A stretch of 64,000 nucleotides of DNA from Candidatus Altiarchaeales archaeon (GCA_014727915.1 WJMO01000009.1:103943-167942), one strand, 5' to 3'. Shown: positions 28,102-37,811, counted from the stretch's first letter. Translations and numbers: made by a program. The notes: generated by a model from the sequence alone, not told the origin.

Positions 28102-28164
28102 TGTTCATCAGCAGCTACCCTTGTCGTCACAGAGTCGGACTACTTCGCTGTCATCACCTGAACA
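28102..28164 (-). ncRNA. Box C/D methylation guide sRNA (double guide)
   Basis: Minus strand: TGTTCA-G-[C: GTGATGA]-CAGCGAAGTAGT-[D': CCGA]-CTCT-[C': GTGACGA]-CAAGGGTAGCTG-[D: CTGA]-TGAACA. Two 12-nt guides and a 6-bp terminal stem. Confidence 0.9.
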
Positions 28165-28370
28165 GAATACTATTAATCAATATCAGAATATATACCAGAT
28201 ATAAAAGGGGGGGATGGGAGTGGGGTTTCCCCCAACTAATGGGCTGCCTAAAACTGGAGATGTTCATCCGACCCCCTCAGGTTAAACATTGGCCGCCTCC
28301 ACGGTTTTGTTTTTAAACTCGATTTCACATATGTTATCCTCCTTTATTTTGGGGGGGAGGTGTTTTTACG

Positions 28371-28577
28371 GTGGATTTATGGGGGGATATAGGAGCTGCC
28401 GCTGGCAATATCTTTAACGCCCTCTCTGGATCTGACAAGCCCATGACCTACGCAGCATTGAAGAAGAAGACCAAATTAGACGATGCTATGCTGTCTATGG
28501 GACTGGGTTGGCTTGCCAGGGAGGATAAGATAATGCTCGCCAAGAAAGCGCGTTCTATAACGGTCCAACTAAGGTAG
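28371..28577 (+). CDS. Winged helix-turn-helix protein (DUF2582 family)
   Basis: IGAAAGNIFNAL...LKKKTKL....MGLGWLAREDKI; GGAGGTG SD upstream. Confidence 0.88.
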   Translation: MDLWGDIGAAAGNIFNALSGSDKPMTYAALKKKTKLDDAMLSMGLGWLAREDKIMLAKKARSITVQLR

Positions 28578-28602
28578 AAAAAAGGAGTCAGCCTGTATTG
28601 GA

Positions 28603-29784
28603 TTGGGGGAGTTGAAAGTGCGAATAGGCGTTTTTTCATGGGAGACGTTGAACTCTATCAAGGTCGGCGGAGTAGCCGCCGTTGTCACTCAGCTTAGCGA
28701 AGCCCTGGCGGACTTAGGCCATGAAGTCCACGTTTTCACACGCACCACCGAAGGCAAGCCCGAGCACGAGCTCATAAACGGGGTGTGGGAGCACCGCTGC
28801 CTCAGCCCGGGGATGGACGACTTCATAGAGTACATGGACCACGTCTGCGACAGCATGGTCTCAGCATACCACTGGGCGAAGGCCGAATATGGGGAATTCG
28901 ACGTTTTACACGGCCACGACTGGCATAGTGTCAACGCGTTGGCCAACATAAGACAGAACACGGGCTTCGACAACATAGTCTGGACCTGCCACAGCACCGA
29001 ATACGGCCGTAACGGGAACAACTTCGCCGACAACTGGTTCAGCGCCCGCATACGACACAGGGAATGGCTTGGAGGGTACATCTCCAAGAAGACCACGACA
29101 GTCTCCTATTTCATGCGCTCCGAGATAAGCCGGGAATACCAGATACCCGAGGAGAAGACCCAGGTCATCTACAACGGCATAGACACCAGGGGCTTCAAGG
29201 GGGAGGTGGACCCTGGGCGGGTGAAGGAACGATACGGCCTGCACCCTCTAGACCCGGTCATACTGTTCTTCGGACGCATAGCATACCAGAAGGGCCCCGA
29301 CCTGCTGTTGGAGGCCATACCCGGGGTATTGGACGAATTCTACAATGCACGGTTCATCTTCGCAGGGTCCGGGGACATGATAAACCACCTCCACGGCCGC
29401 GCCCACTGGCTCGGAGTCCACGACAAGATCCGGGTGTTGGGTTATGTGAGCGAGGAGGAGAAGAAGGAGCTGTTCAAATCATGCGACATGGTCTGCGTAC
29501 CATCCCGTAACGAGCCCTTCGGGATAATAACCTTGGAGGCGTGGGCCAGCGGAAAGCCCGTGGTTGCAACGGACGTCGGCGGGCCATCGGAGATAATCGA
29601 CAACTTCCGCACGGGCGTGAAGACATACCTGAACCCTGACAGCATAGCATGGGGCATAAAATACCTGCTTGGAGACCGTAGCGGCGATTCTCTGAAGAAA
29701 ATGAGCGAAGTCTGCCTTGGGGAGGCTCAAAAGTACGACTGGCACGAGATAGCCAAACAATACCTGGAAGTGTACGGGATTTAG
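28603..29784 (+). CDS. Glycosyltransferase family 4 (glycogen-related)
   Basis: FSWE..KVGG, HGHDWH, HSTEYGR, QKGPDLL, PSRNEPFGIITLEAW. Confidence 0.92.
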   Translation: MGELKVRIGVFSWETLNSIKVGGVAAVVTQLSEALADLGHEVHVFTRTTEGKPEHELINGVWEHRCLSPGMDDFIEYMDHVCDSMVSAYHWAKAEYGEFDVLHGHDWHSVNALANIRQNTGFDNIVWTCHSTEYGRNGNNFADNWFSARIRHREWLGGYISKKTTTVSYFMRSEISREYQIPEEKTQVIYNGIDTRGFKGEVDPGRVKERYGLHPLDPVILFFGRIAYQKGPDLLLEAIPGVLDEFYNARFIFAGSGDMINHLHGRAHWLGVHDKIRVLGYVSEEEKKELFKSCDMVCVPSRNEPFGIITLEAWASGKPVVATDVGGPSEIIDNFRTGVKTYLNPDSIAWGIKYLLGDRSGDSLKKMSEVCLGEAQKYDWHEIAKQYLEVYGI

Positions 29785-29817
29785 TGGTTTTTCCCCTTTG
29801 ACTACTAAATATATCCT

Positions 29818-30840
29818 ATGTCTGAGCATAAGCCCTCAACCCGTTACGTCTACCACACACCCGACGACCGTCAGATACCCGTTGACCCCAAGCAGTTTGA
29901 AGGCGGTAACAGGCGCATCGACCTGGGGCCAGACTATGGCATCCTAGAGCTGAGGGATAACGTACCCGTCCGCCAGCCTATCACAGACGAGTTCGCAGTT
30001 AAGAGGAGCGTAGGCCGCGGTCTGGGGTGTCTGATGGCTGTTCAAGGAGGCAGTGGAGAACAGAAAGAACTGTATACTTTTGACCTCGCGGAGGATACTG
30101 CCAGGATATGCGCCCAGGCGAGGGTCATGGAAGCCCGTCCCACCGAGTCGGGGGTGGATTGGAAAACCCCATCAACCGGCCATTTCTCCGCTGTCTGCGG
30201 TGACATGCTCTACAACCTGTCCATGGTGGGTCAGCAGCCTGTCTTCCAGGCTTTTAACACCAGCGACCCCAGCGCACGATATAGGGCCATTGACGATATC
30301 GGCGACGGGGAAAAGATCAATGTCCAATCGGGAGGCGAGTCTGTCTTTCGCTTCACACTCACCAGGTCAGGCCAGCACTATTGCCCCTACAGCCTCGACC
30401 TTGAACTTCCGGGGGAACCTCCTGCGGGGTTCCTGTTCAGGGTCAACGTCCCCTACCATGGTCAGCTGCCTTCCCAGGCGTATAGTGAGAACAATTTCGC
30501 GGCGGTATCCAAGCTAGCAGATGAAGCATACCTGGGCAGGAGACTTAGGGAAAAGATGGCCACGCCCAGGTATTTCGCGGTCGACAGTGAGGGAGAGATC
30601 ATAAACAGGCATGGTGACATAACCGACCACGACCGTGGCAGGGCATCGATGGTCGTTGGCGTGACAGTGCCTGCCGACCGGGAGGAATTGAGGGTCGCGA
30701 GCGTTAGGCACACGGTCAAGGGATATGACATCTCCGATCCGCTGTGCCTACCAGCCAACAGGGCCATGCTCGAAAAGGCAGTGCCCTACCTGGTCGCCTC
30801 GGCAATATGGGACTACAACGGCCGGATAGACACAAAATAG
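29818..30840 (+). CDS. Hypothetical protein (orphan)
   Basis: 340 aa ORF within the glycogen cluster; no recognisable motif. Confidence 0.7.
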   Translation: MSEHKPSTRYVYHTPDDRQIPVDPKQFEGGNRRIDLGPDYGILELRDNVPVRQPITDEFAVKRSVGRGLGCLMAVQGGSGEQKELYTFDLAEDTARICAQARVMEARPTESGVDWKTPSTGHFSAVCGDMLYNLSMVGQQPVFQAFNTSDPSARYRAIDDIGDGEKINVQSGGESVFRFTLTRSGQHYCPYSLDLELPGEPPAGFLFRVNVPYHGQLPSQAYSENNFAAVSKLADEAYLGRRLREKMATPRYFAVDSEGEIINRHGDITDHDRGRASMVVGVTVPADREELRVASVRHTVKGYDISDPLCLPANRAMLEKAVPYLVASAIWDYNGRIDTK

Positions 30841-30878
30841 ACATTTTTATAAATAATTAAAACTTTAATTTAAATTAT

Positions 30879-31400
30879 TTAAATTCTTAGTTTTTTCTCT
30901 TTTTCTATGGCTGCTATCGCATGTCTCAGCGCGTCCAGCCTCTTCCTGTTGTCGAGCGATCCGTCCTCCTCCAGCCTCTTCAACGGCCCGTTGACCACCG
31001 CGTCCGGCTTCGCCTCCTCAGACAGCTGGACCGACTCCTTCCTGTTATGGACCAATACCACCCTAGCGTTGCCTGCCTTCAACTCCCTCACATAAGTGTC
31101 AGCATCGGGTTTCTCCCCTAGAATGCGGTCGTCTGCTATGACGATCACCGGCTGCCGTCTTTTGAACTCTTCGTATCCCCTGTTACGGTCATCAGCCCAG
31201 ATGAACTCCCTCTGCGGCCCCGGCTCATCCCTCAATGCCTCGATCGCCCCATCACGTTCCATCTCCTCCATGAGCAAGAGAATACGCTCCAATCTGCTGC
31301 CCGGAGGACCGTGCATCAACTCGGCTTGGGTGCTCGTAGGACCTCCAACCTCCGCCGGAGTAACCTGTGTTGTCTGTTGTTTTGACCCGCCTGCTATCAT
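30879..31400 (-). CDS. Degenerate receiver-like (CheY fold) protein with N-terminal extension
   Basis: QPVIVIADDRI...RVVLVH...AKPDAVVNGP follows the receiver beta/alpha pattern but lacks the canonical Lys. Confidence 0.55.
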   Translation of the reverse strand: MIAGGSKQQTTQVTPAEVGGPTSTQAELMHGPPGSRLERILLLMEEMERDGAIEALRDEPGPQREFIWADDRNRGYEEFKRRQPVIVIADDRILGEKPDADTYVRELKAGNARVVLVHNRKESVQLSEEAKPDAVVNGPLKRLEEDGSLDNRKRLDALRHAIAAIEKEKKLRI

Positions 31401-31433
31401 GTTAAAGAAATCGCAGGATTGGAATATAAAAAC

Positions 31434-32711
31434 CTACTTCTTCTTCTTTTTCCTCTTTACGGCGGGTTCCTGCTCGCCTTTCAGGTAGTCTATCCCCTTC
31501 TTCAGGTTGTGGGTGATGACCTTCTCCTTGAAGTCGGATATGACTGCGTGGTAGTTTATGGCCGCGTCAAAGGGGTTTCCGTGGTGGCTGAAGTACTCGT
31601 GAACGCTCCCGTCGCCCATGCCCTTGGTGCACATGTAGTAGAAGTGGTCGCTTATCTGCAGCTTCCTCCAGGTCTTCAGGAAGTCCTCTCTCCCCGACTT
31701 CTTGACTATGTCCTCCAGCCTCTTGAGCTCGCTGAAGTTCAGCAGTTGCATGTGGTTGCCCAGCCAGGCGCTTGGGTCGCGTTCCATGTCAGCCCAGGAG
31801 ACCGTCTCATACCAGGGGACCTTTATCTCGCCCCGGGGGTGGTATCTGTCCACGACCTCGCTTGGGGTGTTGAACTCCAGATTCTCTTTCTCCAGTATCT
31901 TCCAGGGCATGGCGTCCAGGAAGTAGAATATGCCGGTGTCCTCCCACTGGTGCTCTCCGAAGGTCTCATAGTCCATGAAGATGTTGATCGTGTCCCCGGG
32001 CGTCCAGGACAGCCAGTCAGCGTACTTTTCAGCCGACAGCGGCCATCCATCCCACCATTGGGCGCTGAACCGGTAGCCGACGTCATCGGATAAGCCGTAG
32101 TTGCGGAGCAAGACCTTCAGTTTCCCGTCCTTCCTCGTGTACAGGTAGTTGGGGCTCCTCCATCCTTCGAGTATCCTCTCGATGCCCTCCGTAACTATGG
32201 CCTTGAACTTCAGCTCCTCTATCTCGGCTGCGATGGTGTCATGGTATAACAGTTCGGTGTTCCTGAATACCCTGGGCTTCTGCCCGAGGTAGTCTTTTAC
32301 CATCTGTTGGTGCTCGAGAACCTGCTCCTTGAACTCGTCCCTGTACTCGAAGAGGCTGGATAGGCTGTGGTGGCTCGTCTCGCAGAGGAACTCGCAGCAG
32401 CCGGTCTCCCCCAACTGTTTGAACAGTTCGAGCAGGTCGGGCTCCCACCGTTCCATCTGCTCCAGTATGCACCCTGAAAGCGAATATGAAACCTTGAACT
32501 TCCGCTTCTCCCCCTTCAGCCGGTCCACGTTGGCGAGGATGTTTTGTGTGGCTGGCCAGTAGCATTTCCCCGCGACCTTGTGGAGGGTCCACTCGTTCAA
32601 CCCCGTGTCAAAGTAGTAGTCCTCCAGATTGCCCTTGACTTCCCCGTTGGGCCAGAACCATTTCAGCCTAAAAGGCTGGTGGACTTGGAAGTAGAGGCAG
32701 ATCGAGGTCAT
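31434..32711 (-). CDS. Glycoside hydrolase family 57 (alpha-amylase type)
   Basis: YFQVHQP, FRNTEL nucleophile region, MDYETFGEH, SDHFYYM; GGAGGTG SD. Confidence 0.93.
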   Translation of the reverse strand: MTSICLYFQVHQPFRLKWFWPNGEVKGNLEDYYFDTGLNEWTLHKVAGKCYWPATQNILANVDRLKGEKRKFKVSYSLSGCILEQMERWEPDLLELFKQLGETGCCEFLCETSHHSLSSLFEYRDEFKEQVLEHQQMVKDYLGQKPRVFRNTELLYHDTIAAEIEELKFKAIVTEGIERILEGWRSPNYLYTRKDGKLKVLLRNYGLSDDVGYRFSAQWWDGWPLSAEKYADWLSWTPGDTINIFMDYETFGEHQWEDTGIFYFLDAMPWKILEKENLEFNTPSEVVDRYHPRGEIKVPWYETVSWADMERDPSAWLGNHMQLLNFSELKRLEDIVKKSGREDFLKTWRKLQISDHFYYMCTKGMGDGSVHEYFSHHGNPFDAAINYHAVISDFKEKVITHNLKKGIDYLKGEQEPAVKRKKKKK

Positions 32712-32806
32712 ATTTCACACCTCCTAACACTGTTTTTCGTGAACGCCCACACATACACGTGTGGGTTTGAGAGCATAAGCTTACTGAGTTCATGTTCCAC
32801 CCCCAT
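32708..32806 (-). CDS. Candidate 32-aa leader peptide upstream of GH57
   Basis: MGVEHELSKLMLSNPHVYVWAFTKNSVRRCEI*; GGAGGTG 6 nt upstream; stop overlaps the GH57 start (ATGA). Confidence 0.5.
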   Translation of the reverse strand: MGVEHELSKLMLSNPHVYVWAFTKNSVRRCEI

Positions 32807-32900
32807 TTGAGACACCTCCCGGCGTAGGCCGGAAGAACATATTGGTGTCTGGACTTTATAAACCCCCCTCCTTTTTAGGCTGGCTTTCAAATAGTCTAAT

Positions 32901-34775
32901 ATGGGGGATTCTGGGGGGTATGCCGTTGACATACAGGCTGCGGGGGTTGAGGCGTGTGCCCGGCGTGAGTGGCTTCTGACAAACGGTTTGGGAGGGTATT
33001 CCTCCTCTTCGGTCTTGGGTTTGAACACGCGGAAATACCATGGACTGCTGGTGTCTTCACGGGATGACCTTCAGAGGCGGGTGGTCCTCGATTACATGCT
33101 GGAAGAGGTCGAATCCGAGGGTGAGGTCCACAGCCTGGGTGTCGTCGAATACGGGGACACACTGGACGACCGTGGCTTCAACTGCTTGAGGGGCTTCACA
33201 TACGGCTTTGATAGGGTCAGGTTCTCATATGAAGTCGGCGGACTTAAGATCGAGAAGGTTGTGGCTGCTGTGGAGGGTGTGAACGCGCTTACCATATCAT
33301 ATGACATTATCAACGACTCCGGTTCAACGTCAGTGTTCTCCGTCCGTCCGCTCGTTAACTCCAGGGGCTTCCATGAAATCAACCCGATGGGGCGTGAGTT
33401 CAACTCTTCCGTGCACGGCGAGAACATACTCTCCGCGTGGGACCCCGACGATCACCTGATGTTCTTCAGCGAAGCGTTCACCCCCCAGGCCCGGGGAAGC
33501 TGGTATCGTAATCTAAAGTACCGGTTGGAGGATGAACGGGGGGAACAGTCAATTGAAGACCTGTTCTGTCCCGGCGTCCTCTCACTCGAGGCTGGGGCGG
33601 GTGACAGCCTGAGGGCCGAAGTGTTCGTCGCGGCAGGCGAGGATGAGCAGTCAACGGCCGAGGCGTTCAAGTCAATAAGGCCTGCAGGGTCTCCCGTTTT
33701 GGGGTCTGACAGCCTCTCCATGCTAAGGTGGGCGGGGGATTCCTTCATCGTCGACTCCGGCGGATATAGGACGGTCATCGCAGGATACCACTGGTTCCAG
33801 GACTGGGGGCGGGACACGATGATCAGTCTGCCAGGCCTCACATTGGTCTCCGGGCGTTTGGGCGATGCTAGAGCCATACTTGCGCGTTTCATAGACAACA
33901 TAAGAGATGGGAGGATTCCAACCAGGTTCGAGGGCGGGACACCCAAGTATTATGGTTACGACGGCACCCTGTGGATGATAGACCGCGTGAAAGAATACAC
34001 ACGATATGCCGGAGTGGAGGAGGCTTTGAAGCTGGTGGCTCCCAGATGGGACAAGATAACGTCGGTGATCGACTTCTATTCTGGCTTGTCTGAGGACGGG
34101 CTTATAAGCCACAGAAGCGGCACGTGGATGGACACCCTCCCCAGGGATGACGCGGTTGAGATCCAGTGCCTGTGGTACAATGCGCTCAACGTCGTTGAAG
34201 GGCTGTCAGTCCTAGTTAACCATCCGGTGGACTATTCACGGCAGATCTCCGACTTCGAGTCCTCGTTCATGGACGCATACTGGAACGGACAGTACCTGGA
34301 TGACTGCAGGGGAGACGGTTCGCTGAGGCCGAACCAGGTCATCGGAGTCTCCCTCGACTATTCTCCAGTCCCAGACCGGGAGGCGTCACAGCTGATGAAG
34401 GTCGTGGAGGAGGAGCTGCTCACACCCTGCGGGCTAAGGACGCTAGCGTCATCTGACACCCGCTACTGTCCAAGATATGTTGGCGGCGTTGATGAGCGCG
34501 CCAGGGCATACCATAACGGCACAGTATGGCCTTGGCTCATCGGCCCCTACGTCCGGGCTGCTGTCAAGCTGGGCGGTGACGCCGGCAGGGAACATGCCCA
34601 AGAGATACTTCAACCCCTCATAAACAGGGTCTCAGAGTCTTCCATAGGGTCTTTGAACGAGATATACGATGCTGAAGACCCGTACAGCCCCCGTGGGGCG
34701 GTAAGCCAGGCGTGGAGCGTCGCCGAAGTGCTGAGGGCGTACTCTGAGGACGTAGCTGGTGAAAGGCCTCGTTAA
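32901..34775 (+). CDS. Glycogen debranching enzyme (amylo-alpha-1,6-glucosidase, archaeal type)
   Basis: REWLLTNGLGGY, NTRKYHGLLV, IAGYHWFQDWGRDTMISLPGL, LRPNQ, AYHNGTVWPWL, SQAWSVAE. Confidence 0.95.
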   Translation: MGDSGGYAVDIQAAGVEACARREWLLTNGLGGYSSSSVLGLNTRKYHGLLVSSRDDLQRRVVLDYMLEEVESEGEVHSLGVVEYGDTLDDRGFNCLRGFTYGFDRVRFSYEVGGLKIEKVVAAVEGVNALTISYDIINDSGSTSVFSVRPLVNSRGFHEINPMGREFNSSVHGENILSAWDPDDHLMFFSEAFTPQARGSWYRNLKYRLEDERGEQSIEDLFCPGVLSLEAGAGDSLRAEVFVAAGEDEQSTAEAFKSIRPAGSPVLGSDSLSMLRWAGDSFIVDSGGYRTVIAGYHWFQDWGRDTMISLPGLTLVSGRLGDARAILARFIDNIRDGRIPTRFEGGTPKYYGYDGTLWMIDRVKEYTRYAGVEEALKLVAPRWDKITSVIDFYSGLSEDGLISHRSGTWMDTLPRDDAVEIQCLWYNALNVVEGLSVLVNHPVDYSRQISDFESSFMDAYWNGQYLDDCRGDGSLRPNQVIGVSLDYSPVPDREASQLMKVVEEELLTPCGLRTLASSDTRYCPRYVGGVDERARAYHNGTVWPWLIGPYVRAAVKLGGDAGREHAQEILQPLINRVSESSIGSLNEIYDAEDPYSPRGAVSQAWSVAEVLRAYSEDVAGERPR

Positions 34776-34806
34776 GCTTAAATACAGGCCATCATATATC
34801 TCTCTT

Positions 34807-36324
34807 ATGAAAAAATCAGCTTTATTCCTTGTGGTGGGTCTAGTACTGTTGAGCGGATGCCTGTGCGGGACACCCGGTGACCGGGAAGCCGACACCACGT
34901 CCGCTACGCAGCAGATAGTCTGCAACAGACCCTACATCAGGGTTGGCGGCAGCTGCTGCCTTGACAGGAACAATAACATGGTATGCGACAGCGACGAGCA
35001 GGAGACTGCTGCGTCAACCACATTGCAGCCCCGCTCAACGACGACATTACAGTCCTCGGATTCGATGTCTACGTCCCCGGATGCTCTGTGCAATAGCGAC
35101 GGCGACTGCGGAGGACCTGACGAGATAGTGGTCTGCAACGGCGACAACGTCGTTAAGCTCACGGTAACCTACAGGTGCGTATACCCCGGTTCGCCGAAGG
35201 CGGAGTGCATGGGTTCAACGGAGGCTACCACATTGGACACCTGCGACGCCGACGAGACATGCTACTATGGCGTCTGCGTTGAAGACGAGGATGCAGAAGA
35301 CTATCCGACCACAACCGTCGCTCCCTCGGCTCCGACCACCACGGTTGCCCCGACGACCACCACCGTCGCGGCAGCTCCGACCACAACATTGGCTGGGGCC
35401 ACGACAACCACCACGTTGGCTGCGGCGACGACAACCACGGTTCTTCCTGGGGCTACCACGACCACTATGGGATTGGCCCTCCCATGCGATTCGATTATGT
35501 CCTGGAGCAGCATGCAGTGCGTTATCAGGTCCTGCCCGCCAGGCCAGACTTGCGTCTTCATGCCCAACATAAACCCGATGCTTCCGGGCTCGTGCTCGTG
35601 CAAGACGCTGATGACGACCACAACGACCCTGCCTTCCATGCCCTCTATGCCCTGCAGCGGATTTCCGGCTTTCAGCTCCGGAGCCTGCGCGATGAGGTCC
35701 TGTCCGATCGGCATGGCATGCGTTTACTCTCCGCCTTCCGGGATGGGGCTGTGGGGTTCGTGCAGCTGCGAGCCCTCGCTGGTGATAGCGACCTCGACCA
35801 CATTGCCGGTCATGCCCAAGCTGTGCTCGACCCTCTCGGCAGGAGCGTGCAGCCTGGGTTCGTGCTCTCCCGGCCAGTCTTGCAAGACAAAGTATATTAG
35901 TGGGCTACCAATAGGGTGCGAGTGCAAGCCGGATTCCACGACCACCACGACGTTGATGGGCGTGGGCGGTCTAGGGCCTCTGGTGACGGTGTACATACCA
36001 ACTACCACCACCCTTGCCACCTTGGGCAAGCAGTGTGGTCTCATGTCATCTAGCAAGTGCTCCCTTGGAATATGCGACGCCGGCGAGGCGTGCTTGATAA
36101 AGTATGTGGGGGGCGTACCCGCGGGTTGCTCGTGCAAGAGCGTCACGACAACGACTATGTGGACGTACTCTCCCATGATCACGGTTGTCATGCCTGGAGG
36201 TCTGGTGTCGACCACCACGACCCAGAGCATGTACGCGCCGGTCACCCTCCACGGGGCGATACTAACGCCCACGACAATAAGGTTGAAAGACCCCATGATT
36301 GACGAGCCGCTGCCGAGGATATGA
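34807..36324 (+). CDS. Lipoprotein-like Thr-rich/Cys-rich surface protein
   Basis: VLLSGCLC lipobox-like motif; CNRPYIRVG.SCCLD.N.N.VCD module; poly-Thr linkers between C...C..G.C..G..C...C.C repeats. Confidence 0.82.
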   Translation: MKKSALFLVVGLVLLSGCLCGTPGDREADTTSATQQIVCNRPYIRVGGSCCLDRNNNMVCDSDEQETAASTTLQPRSTTTLQSSDSMSTSPDALCNSDGDCGGPDEIVVCNGDNVVKLTVTYRCVYPGSPKAECMGSTEATTLDTCDADETCYYGVCVEDEDAEDYPTTTVAPSAPTTTVAPTTTTVAAAPTTTLAGATTTTTLAAATTTTVLPGATTTTMGLALPCDSIMSWSSMQCVIRSCPPGQTCVFMPNINPMLPGSCSCKTLMTTTTTLPSMPSMPCSGFPAFSSGACAMRSCPIGMACVYSPPSGMGLWGSCSCEPSLVIATSTTLPVMPKLCSTLSAGACSLGSCSPGQSCKTKYISGLPIGCECKPDSTTTTTLMGVGGLGPLVTVYIPTTTTLATLGKQCGLMSSSKCSLGICDAGEACLIKYVGGVPAGCSCKSVTTTTMWTYSPMITVVMPGGLVSTTTTQSMYAPVTLHGAILTPTTIRLKDPMIDEPLPRI

Positions 36325-36331
36325 TCGGAAG

Positions 36332-36610
36332 ATGGACGAGGAGAATGTGGGCATCCGACTGGACTATCTGATGAACGTGATAGACGCGTTGAGGTCTGAC
36401 TCGGAGTTGGAGTCGCTTCTCGGCTCCCCGGTCGAGAAGCACCTTGCCCTGGTATACAAGGACAACGACCTGAAGATATTCACCCTCACACCCTATGGTG
36501 AGGAGGAGAGGCAGCATAGCGAGGAGGATAAGGCGAGGGTTCGTGAGATATGCGGGGCAGCCCTGTCCGCCGCATTGAAGGGTGGCGCCGATGACATCCA
36601 CACCTCCTAG
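36332..36610 (+). CDS. Small hypothetical protein (paralog A)
   Basis: GIRLDYLM...LRS..ELES..GSP.EKHL motif shared with 37812-38093. Confidence 0.8.
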   Translation: MDEENVGIRLDYLMNVIDALRSDSELESLLGSPVEKHLALVYKDNDLKIFTLTPYGEEERQHSEEDKARVREICGAALSAALKGGADDIHTS

Positions 36611-37758
36611 TCCAGCCGTTCCTGGGCCTTCAGGTACCAGAGCACCACCAGCAGGGGCATAAGGTACTTGTCCCAGGCGTGATTGGACTTCATCACGATC
36701 CCGGCGTTGAATGCGACGAATAGCATGGGCAGCGTGCTCGTCTTCGAAATTCTTATGGAGGCCGTCAGAGCAAGGACATAGAAAACCGCCGTTTTTGCCA
36801 CCCCCCCATACGTGGCACTTCCGAATGCCATCCGTGCAGCCCTGTCAAGGTATCCCATCTCCCTGACGGGATAGTCTATGTTGTCCATTGGAGGGAAAGC
36901 CAAGAACAAAACCGCGAGAGCCAGGGCCAGACGAGTGTTCCCCCATGTTATCAAACCCTTCATCTCACGCATTTTCCTGAACAATATGGTCTCTGCCAGC
37001 GCAAAATAGAACCCCAGGCATGTCAGGAAGTAGAGGGCATACTGTGGTCGGAGATTCTGGGACCAGAGAGCTTCAGCGACATGGGATTCAACCCCGCTGT
37101 CTGAAACACTGAACAGGCATATGAAGGGTATTATGGACAGGGCGGCCAGGGAGGGGGCGAGCCAGGCGGAGTTAACTGTGAAACCCCCCCTGTATGACCT
37201 CAAAAGCTCATATGCCGCTATTGCTAGGGGGAATGCTATCGTCATCTGCCGCGTGTAAACGGCTGCGACAAAGCACAGGCCGCTTAGAACATGCCTTTTT
37301 CTCATGTGGGCGGCAACACCCGCCAAGACAAGGAAAGACGCTATCGGGTCCGTGTATAGGTGCAGTGAAGTTCCTATGAAATAGGGGAACAGCATCAGCC
37401 CGGCTGCCGCAAGATAGGGTTTCCCCCCCTCTGACTTCCCGGTCAGGCCGATGGCCAGCACGATCACTAGTGACAGTGTGAGGTTCAGAAGTCGGCCTGC
37501 GAACAGCCCATCCCCTCCGATCTGGTCCGCCACCCCGAAGACCCAGAACGGGACAGGCCCCGGGTATTGGAGGCTCTTGCCGGAGTTGTAGCTTCTTAGG
37601 GCCGTCCATGAGGGTATGATGCCGTCTGTGAACTTCTGTGTGGTCTCCCAGAAGAACCGCTCGTCCTTCCTCGCTTCGAATTGCAGGAAGTCGAAGGGCA
37701 CTAGGACCATCAGGTAGGCTGCGACAACGGCTGCTGTGAAGGCTTGCCTGGAATCCAC
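36607..37758 (-). CDS. GT-C-like integral membrane glycosyltransferase (putative)
   Basis: DE in the first loop, YPGP.PF, RLLN, LYTD, TRQ and WDKYLMPL; polytopic. Confidence 0.6.
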   Translation of the reverse strand: MDSRQAFTAAVVAAYLMVLVPFDFLQFEARKDERFFWETTQKFTDGIIPSWTALRSYNSGKSLQYPGPVPFWVFGVADQIGGDGLFAGRLLNLTLSLVIVLAIGLTGKSEGGKPYLAAAGLMLFPYFIGTSLHLYTDPIASFLVLAGVAAHMRKRHVLSGLCFVAAVYTRQMTIAFPLAIAAYELLRSYRGGFTVNSAWLAPSLAALSIIPFICLFSVSDSGVESHVAEALWSQNLRPQYALYFLTCLGFYFALAETILFRKMREMKGLITWGNTRLALALAVLFLAFPPMDNIDYPVREMGYLDRAARMAFGSATYGGVAKTAVFYVLALTASIRISKTSTLPMLFVAFNAGIVMKSNHAWDKYLMPLLVVLWYLKAQERLD

Positions 37759-37811
37759 CTTACTATAATGCAGGTAGGCATATTTATTTCCTACCTGCCC
37801 ATTTTTTTAAC

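Noticed and set aside
27428-28204. 258-aa alternative-frame ORF and other long ORFs over the Cys-rich gene
   Set aside because: Shadow frames produced by GC-rich repetitive codons; Arg-rich composition with no motifs.
28255-28300. Fluoride riboswitch or H/ACA RNA
   Set aside because: GGAGATG resembles a riboswitch start but the downstream consensus is missing; no symmetric pocket or ACA box.
32807-33028. Upstream part of the 106-aa ORF 32708-33028
   Set aside because: It overlaps the debranching-enzyme gene and the divergent promoter; only the last 32 codons have an SD-supported start.
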